A DNA stretch of 38,106 nucleotides. Origin: Halobacteriales archaeon. GTDB taxonomy: Archaea > Halobacteriota > Halobacteria > Halobacteriales > PXRE01. The DNA lies in assembly GCA_036626315.1 (NCBI GenBank), contig JAZKSB010000001.1:1-38106 (forward strand), written 5' to 3'. The notes under the pieces were generated by a model, which worked only from the letters and a program-made list of their open reading frames with translations, did no database searches and was not told where the DNA came from. The position numbers and the translations under genes are program-made. Shown here piece after piece: positions 33,804 to 38,106 of the stretch (position 1 is its first letter; each line of letters starts with the position of its first letter).

Positions 33804-34913
33804 TCACAGGTCCGGGTGGCCGCCGTATTCGTGCCAGATCTTGCAGGTCCCCTCGCTCGAAACCATGCAGGCGCCCACCGGGTTGCTCGGGGTGCACTCC
33901 TCGCCGAACAGGTCGCACTCGTCGGGATCGGCCTGCCCGGCCATGATGTCCCCGCAGATGCACCGGTCCGTCAGGGGGTCTCCGCCGTCGACGTCGGGCT
34001 CGATCTCGAACCGCTTGCGGGCGTCGTGTGCCGCGAACTCCTCGCGCAACACGAGGTTCGCGTCGGGAATCTCGGCGATCCCGCGCCACTCCCCGCTTTC
34101 GGCCTCGAAGACCTCCCAGAGGCGCTCCTTGGCCTCGACGTTACCTGCCTCCGAGACGACCCGTGGGTATGCGTTCGCCAGCCTCGCCTCGCCGTCGACG
34201 TGAAACTCTAGGAGGCGTTCGAGGCCGAACAGGATGTCTAGTGGCTCGAACCCCCCGACGACGACGGGGAGTTCGTAGTTCTCGACGAACTCCTCGAACA
34301 GCCCGTAGCCGGTGATGGTCGCAGCGTGGCCCGCCGCCAGGAACCCGTCGATGTCGGTGTCGGGCATCTCCGCGACGACCTCCATCGCCGGCGGGACGTA
34401 CTTGTGGGCCGACAGTACCGAGAAGTTCGCCGGTGGGTCGTCGACGAGCACGGCCGCGGTCGGCGCGGCGGTCGTCTCGAACCCCGTCGCGAAGAAGACG
34501 ACCTCCTCGTCGGGCTCCTCGCGAGCCAGTTCGACGGCCTCGCTGGCGCTGTAGACGACTTCGACGCGGGCCCCCCCGGCTTTCGCGTCCGCGAGGCTTC
34601 GAGCAGTGCCGGGGACCTGGAACATGTCGCCGTAGGTTGCCACGACCTTGCCGTCCTCCGCGAGCGCGACCGCCTCGTCGACCTCGGGCATGTTCGTCAC
34701 GCAGACCGGACACCCCGGCCCCATGCGGACCGAGAGCCCGTCGGGCAGAACACTTCGAAGCCCGTACTTCGCGATGGCCTGTTCGTGGCTACCACAGACG
34801 TGCATCACGTCCACCCGACCGTCGACGTCGTCCATCAGCACCTCGAGCCGGTCGGACAGTTGGCGTGCCGTCTCCGGGTCCCGAAACTGGAGACTGTCGC
34901 TCTCACTCGCCAT
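33804..34913 (-). CDS. hypD: Hydrogenase maturation Fe-S protein HypD
   Basis: 369 aa. The CGSHE, GPGCPVCV and C-terminal Cys-rich motifs are present. Confidence 0.93.
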   Translation of the reverse strand: MASESDSLQFRDPETARQLSDRLEVLMDDVDGRVDVMHVCGSHEQAIAKYGLRSVLPDGLSVRMGPGCPVCVTNMPEVDEAVALAEDGKVVATYGDMFQVPGTARSLADAKAGGARVEVVYSASEAVELAREEPDEEVVFFATGFETTAAPTAAVLVDDPPANFSVLSAHKYVPPAMEVVAEMPDTDIDGFLAAGHAATITGYGLFEEFVENYELPVVVGGFEPLDILFGLERLLEFHVDGEARLANAYPRVVSEAGNVEAKERLWEVFEAESGEWRGIAEIPDANLVLREEFAAHDARKRFEIEPDVDGGDPLTDRCICGDIMAGQADPDECDLFGEECTPSNPVGACMVSSEGTCKIWHEYGGHPDL

Positions 34914-35292
34914 CGTCGGCTTCCTTCGTCCCGGTGCTCTGGTCGGGCTCGCTACCTCTTGGCCCCGGCATTCCGCCGGTCGGACCGACGGGCCGGGTGC
35001 CGCCGCTTTTATCCGTCCGCTGAATGCCGAGCCGGTTGTTTTCGGCTCCGATCTCCTCGAGCACCTCGTCTTCGTCGCCTTCCAGGAACGACTCGTAGAT
35101 CTCGATGGTCTCCTCGACCTGGTCGTCGGGAATCTTCCGGATGGCGAAGCCGGCGTGGTTGAGGACGTAGTCGCCCCTCTCGACGTCCTCGCCGACGATG
35201 TCCAGCCGGACGGTCTTCTCGACGTCCCAGAACTCAGCTCGGGCCTCCATGCCGTCGATCTCGACGATCTCGCCCGGGATGCCGAGACACAT
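34903..35292 (-). CDS. hypC: Hydrogenase maturation chaperone HypC, with an unusually long Gly/Pro-rich C-terminal tail
   Basis: 129 aa from internal Met54 of ORF 34903..35451. MCLGIPGEIVEI has the essential Cys2. The core runs to about residue 85, followed by a tail of about 44 aa that overlaps the hypD start by 11 nt. Confidence 0.85.
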   Translation of the reverse strand: MCLGIPGEIVEIDGMEARAEFWDVEKTVRLDIVGEDVERGDYVLNHAGFAIRKIPDDQVEETIEIYESFLEGDEDEVLEEIGAENNRLGIQRTDKSGGTRPVGPTGGMPGPRGSEPDQSTGTKEADDGE

Positions 35293-35462
35293 CATCCACC
35301 CTCCTGGCTCTCGTCGCGAACGGTGATGTTCCAGGGGTTGTTCCCGATGAGCCGTTCCGGTTGCATCACGCCCCGGACGTGGTGTCCCTCGTCCTCGTGG
35401 TCCTCGATCTCCGCGTTCTCGAGCTGGGTCTCGCAATCGGTGCAGTACCAAGTCGTTTTCAC
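35292..35462 (-). CDS. Small acidic ORF (56 aa, GTG start) with a C-x2-C-x11-H-x4-HH pattern; putative zinc-binding micro-protein, not in the supplied ORF track
   Basis: My own translation is MKTTWYCTDCETQLENAEIEDHEDEGHHVRGVMQPERLIGNNPWNITVRDESQEGG. The GTG overlaps the protease stop (GTGA), and its TGA overlaps the hypC ATG(s) (ATGATG). GC3 is about 84% (47/56 codons), like the flanking genes. Confidence 0.5.
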   Translation of the reverse strand: MKTTWYCTDCETQLENAEIEDHEDEGHHVRGVMQPERLIGNNPWNITVRDESQEGG

Positions 35463-35974
35463 GCTTTCGTCCTCCGTGTCTCCGGAATGTCTTCGGTGGT
35501 CAGTTCCTCGAAGACGGCGTCGACGACCGCGGGCACGCTCTCTGCGACGGGGTCGCTCAGTTCGACGCCCGGATCTGTCGTCGCCGGCTCGACGCCGACG
35601 ACGACGAGCTCGTCGGGCAGGTCGTAGGCGGTGCGACCCGCCTGCAGGGCGTCCGTCAACGAGAAGTCGTGCATCAACACGTCCGGTGTCGCGCCGTCGA
35701 AGCCGCCGTCCCGGTAGCGGTATCGGTGGACGGCCCCGGGAGGGGCATCGCCGGTCGCGACTGCGTCGACGACGACGGCGCGGTCGGCGCCGTCCATCGC
35801 CTCCAGCGCGAAGAATGCCGTCGTGCCGGCGTGGGTTGCGTCGACATCGTCGGGCAGCTCCCGCTCCTGTAGCGCCTTGACGACGGACTCGCCGACCCCG
35901 TCGTCGCTCATGATCGCGTTACCGATGCCGACGACCGCGGTCCGGGTGGTCCCGCCCTCAGGCATCCCCCTCAC
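35459..35974 (-). CDS. [NiFe] hydrogenase maturation endopeptidase (HyaD/HybD/HycI family)
   Basis: 171 aa. The pattern TAVVGIGNAIMSDDGVGESV...DAVATG...HDFSL is typical of the family. It has a GTG start at 35974 (an alternative ATG is at 35965) and overlaps the cytochrome b gene's 3' end. Confidence 0.85.
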   Translation of the reverse strand: MRGMPEGGTTRTAVVGIGNAIMSDDGVGESVVKALQERELPDDVDATHAGTTAFFALEAMDGADRAVVVDAVATGDAPPGAVHRYRYRDGGFDGATPDVLMHDFSLTDALQAGRTAYDLPDELVVVGVEPATTDPGVELSDPVAESVPAVVDAVFEELTTEDIPETRRTKA

Positions 35975-36857
35975 CCCCGTCCTCGTCCGTGCCGCCGTCG
36001 GCGACCGTCGATCGCTCCCCGGCTGCGTCGCCGCGGACGATGTACGCCTCCAGGTCGCCGAACACCATCGACTTCAGGACGTCCCAGTTGCCGGGCATGA
36101 CGGCGAAGTAGATGTGGAACGCGACCATCGACGCCGAGATGAACGTCAGCAGCAGGTGGGCCTGCTTGAGCAGTTCGAACGTGAACCACGTCTCCATGAA
36201 CCCGAGGGTGACGATCCACCACGACGGGTCCGACAGCATCGCCCGGTACATCCCGAAGCCGGTCAGCGCGAGCAGGCCGACGAAGATGCCGATCCACCAG
36301 AAGAACGTCTTCTGCATGGGGTGGTGGGCCATCCAGTCCTCGTCGTCCTCGTCGTAGGCCCGACGAGCCTCGTGGTAGTACGGCAGGTACTCGCGCAGTC
36401 CGAGGAACGCGCTTGCGATGGCGGTACCGACCTGGATGTCGATGATCTCCAGCAGCTGGCTGTGGTCGTCGACGATGATGTAGTAGAACGGGAACAGGAC
36501 GAAGGTGACAGCCAGCGTGAATATCCCGGCCCAGATGTGCAGGCCGAAGGCGACGGAGTAGCCGCCCCAGATCCCCGACTCGAGCACGGCGTAGTTGCCG
36601 GTCCAGATGGCCAGCCCCGTCCACAGGAGGACGAAAAACAGCACTGCTTGCGCCCAGTGGTTCACGCGGTTCCAGAGCCCGTGGCGCTCGACCGACCTGG
36701 TTTCTGCGTCCTCGAGCTGGCCGTAGCGGTCGTCGGTCTCGGTAGGGTCGGTCCGCGCCAGCCGGACGAACTCCCGGAGTCGCCGGACGAGTCCCCCGGA
36801 GTCGCCGTCGGGGCGGGGTCGCTCGTCCCCGTCGTCGCTCGGCGTCGACATGGTCAT
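35958..36857 (-). CDS. Ni/Fe-hydrogenase b-type cytochrome subunit (membrane anchor)
   Basis: 299 aa. The segment ERHGLWNRVNHWAQAVLFFVLLWTGL matches the R..HW motif of the Ni_hydr_CYTB family. It has 4 or more TM helices with conserved His residues. The start overlaps the large-subunit stop in ATGA. Confidence 0.8.
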   Translation of the reverse strand: MTMSTPSDDGDERPRPDGDSGGLVRRLREFVRLARTDPTETDDRYGQLEDAETRSVERHGLWNRVNHWAQAVLFFVLLWTGLAIWTGNYAVLESGIWGGYSVAFGLHIWAGIFTLAVTFVLFPFYYIIVDDHSQLLEIIDIQVGTAIASAFLGLREYLPYYHEARRAYDEDDEDWMAHHPMQKTFFWWIGIFVGLLALTGFGMYRAMLSDPSWWIVTLGFMETWFTFELLKQAHLLLTFISASMVAFHIYFAVMPGNWDVLKSMVFGDLEAYIVRGDAAGERSTVADGGTDEDGGEGDA

Positions 36858-38106
36858 TCACCCGGGTTGCCGGTCATCGCGGCACCCGCCGGTTCGACCT
36901 TCGTCTCGTAGGAGCCCTCTGGGCTCTCGACGTGGACTGAACACGCCAGACAGGGGTCGAACGACCGGATGGTCCGCATGACGTTCAGCGGGTTCTCGAC
37001 GTCTTCGACCTCGTCGCCGACGATGCCCTCCTCGATGATCGACGGGTTGCCCTCGTCGTCCCGTGGTCCGAGGTTCCAGATCGTGGGCGTGATTATCTGG
37101 TAGCGCTCGACCGTCCCGTCCTCGACGTCCATATAGTGAGAGAGCGTCCCCCGGGACGGCTCCCAGAGGCCGACCCCCGTGCCGGTGAAATCGGTCGGGA
37201 AGTCGGTCATGAGCGGTTCGCTCGGATCGAACCCGGACAGCAGATCGAGCACCCGGTCCCGGACGATCAGTGCCTCCTGTGCACGGGCGATGAGGCGGTT
37301 GAGGGTGTTGCTCTCGGCCGGGCCGCCGCCCAGGTTCGCCCGGAGGTCGAACGGGTCGTACCCCGAGATGGCGAGCCTGGCGAGCGGTCCGACCTCCATC
37401 GACTGGCCGTCGAACCTTGGGGCCTTCCCCCACGAGTAGGCGTCTCCCTCTTTCTTCTGGGGATCCGGCTCCGGTGGCTTCGCGTCGGTCGGGCTCCCGC
37501 CCGAGTCGTCGGTGTAGAAGGAGTACCCCGTGTGTTCGGTGATTCCCTCGACGATCTCGTCTTTCGTCATCAGTTCGACGGACCCGTCACGGTACACGCC
37601 GCGCTTGAAGATTCGATCGCCGGACTCCGGGTCCCTGAACACCCCGTTGCTGTAGTAGCGGTTGGGGCCCGATCCCAGCCCGGCAGCACCCTCCTTGGCG
37701 GCGGCCACGAGGATCGAAACGACGTCGTGGAGCCCCTCGCCCAGGTCCGGATCGAACTCCCCGTTCTGGACGTTCTCGAGGACCTCCGGAACCGCTTCGG
37801 TCGGTCCGAGCCAGTTGCTGACCTCCTTGACGCGGGATTTGACGGTTTCTACCGTGGAGACATCCGGATTGGTTGCGACCCCGCCCGGGATGAACGCCAG
37901 CGGATGGGGGGCGCGGCCACCCAGCTCCGCCAGCGCCTGCATGAGCTTTCGCTGGTTTTCGAGTGCGCCGAGGTACCCGTCGCCCTCCAGCGGATCGAGA
38001 CGTTCGAAGCCCGTGTCGGCGACTGCATCGCTGTAGTCGGGACCGACCAGGGCGAACAGGTGGATCGCGTGGTTCCACAGGAAGAAGATGCCCTCGACCG
38101 CGTCCC
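36854..38106 (-). CDS. [NiFe] hydrogenase large subunit, C-terminal ~417 codons; N-terminus lies beyond the window end
   Basis: The frame of ORF 36854..37942 stays open up to 38104 (...DAVEGIFFLWNHAIHLFALVGPDYSDAV...). It contains RAPHPLAFIPGGV and the C-terminal Ni-Fe ligand motif DPCLACSVH (36932-36958), followed by a 25-aa extension that is the expected endopeptidase substrate. Confidence 0.9.
   Translation of the reverse strand, partial: DAVEGIFFLWNHAIHLFALVGPDYSDAVADTGFERLDPLEGDGYLGALENQRKLMQALAELGGRAPHPLAFIPGGVATNPDVSTVETVKSRVKEVSNWLGPTEAVPEVLENVQNGEFDPDLGEGLHDVVSILVAAAKEGAAGLGSGPNRYYSNGVFRDPESGDRIFKRGVYRDGSVELMTKDEIVEGITEHTGYSFYTDDSGGSPTDAKPPEPDPQKKEGDAYSWGKAPRFDGQSMEVGPLARLAISGYDPFDLRANLGGGPAESNTLNRLIARAQEALIVRDRVLDLLSGFDPSEPLMTDFPTDFTGTGVGLWEPSRGTLSHYMDVEDGTVERYQIITPTIWNLGPRDDEGNPSIIEEGIVGDEVEDVENPLNVMRTIRSFDPCLACSVHVESPEGSYETKVEPAGAAMTGNPGE

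Noticed and set aside
35293-35451. N-terminal extension of the hypC ORF as given in the track (34903..35451, MVLHRLRDPARERGDRGPRGRG...)
   Set aside because: The extension is Arg/Gly/Pro-rich and basic. HypC function requires Cys directly after the initiator Met (MCLGIPG at 35292). The region is better explained by the 56-aa ORF in another frame.

Overview
High-GC (visually about two-thirds G+C) window with strongly acidic predicted proteins, an archaeal PCNA, and A/T-rich TATA-like boxes about 27-31 nt upstream of many start codons, which suggests leaderless mRNAs. This fits a haloarchaeal (class Halobacteria-type) chromosome or megaplasmid segment. I found no rRNA, tRNA, CRISPR array, transposase or integrase. 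The many long Arg/Pro/Gly-rich ORFs in the track are antisense or off-frame shadows of the real genes. Gene content falls into five modules. (1) 1-11390: a folate-linked one-carbon / methylated-amine module with a GcvT-like fragment, TrpE/PabB plus TrpG/PabA-type synthase, formate-THF ligase, a BCCT transporter, a dimethylglycine/sarcosine-dehydrogenase-like fusion flavoprotein and etfBA. (2) 11602-18539: a TrkA-like RCK protein, a hypothetical protein, formate dehydrogenase alpha, tungsten-type aldehyde:ferredoxin oxidoreductase, MobA and a YqeC-like P-loop accessory protein. (3) 18969-22201: PCNA, then a sulfur module (rhodanese-MBL fusion plus two half-size YeeE/YedE proteins). (4) 22467-29017: a Cys/His-bearing HTH regulator, an RcnA-type Ni/Co transporter with a long His-rich loop, and small stress-type genes (DUF1508, DUF2267, metallophosphoesterase, PRTase, PEBP, MgtC/DUF4010, SAM methyltransferase). 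(5) 29110-38106: one tightly overlapping minus-strand operon encoding a [NiFe] hydrogenase large subunit (5' end off-window), cytochrome b, maturation endopeptidase, an untracked 56-aa ORF, and hypC-D-E-A-B-F. The most notable points are the membrane-bound uptake-type hydrogenase with full maturation machinery in a haloarchaeal background, the translationally coupled 56-aa C2H2-like ORF inside that operon, a 57-nt cytosine-free satellite-like G-rich tract downstream of PCNA, and perfect 45-bp and 30-bp intergenic tandem repeats. All functional calls come from motif and family recognition by eye. No database search was run.
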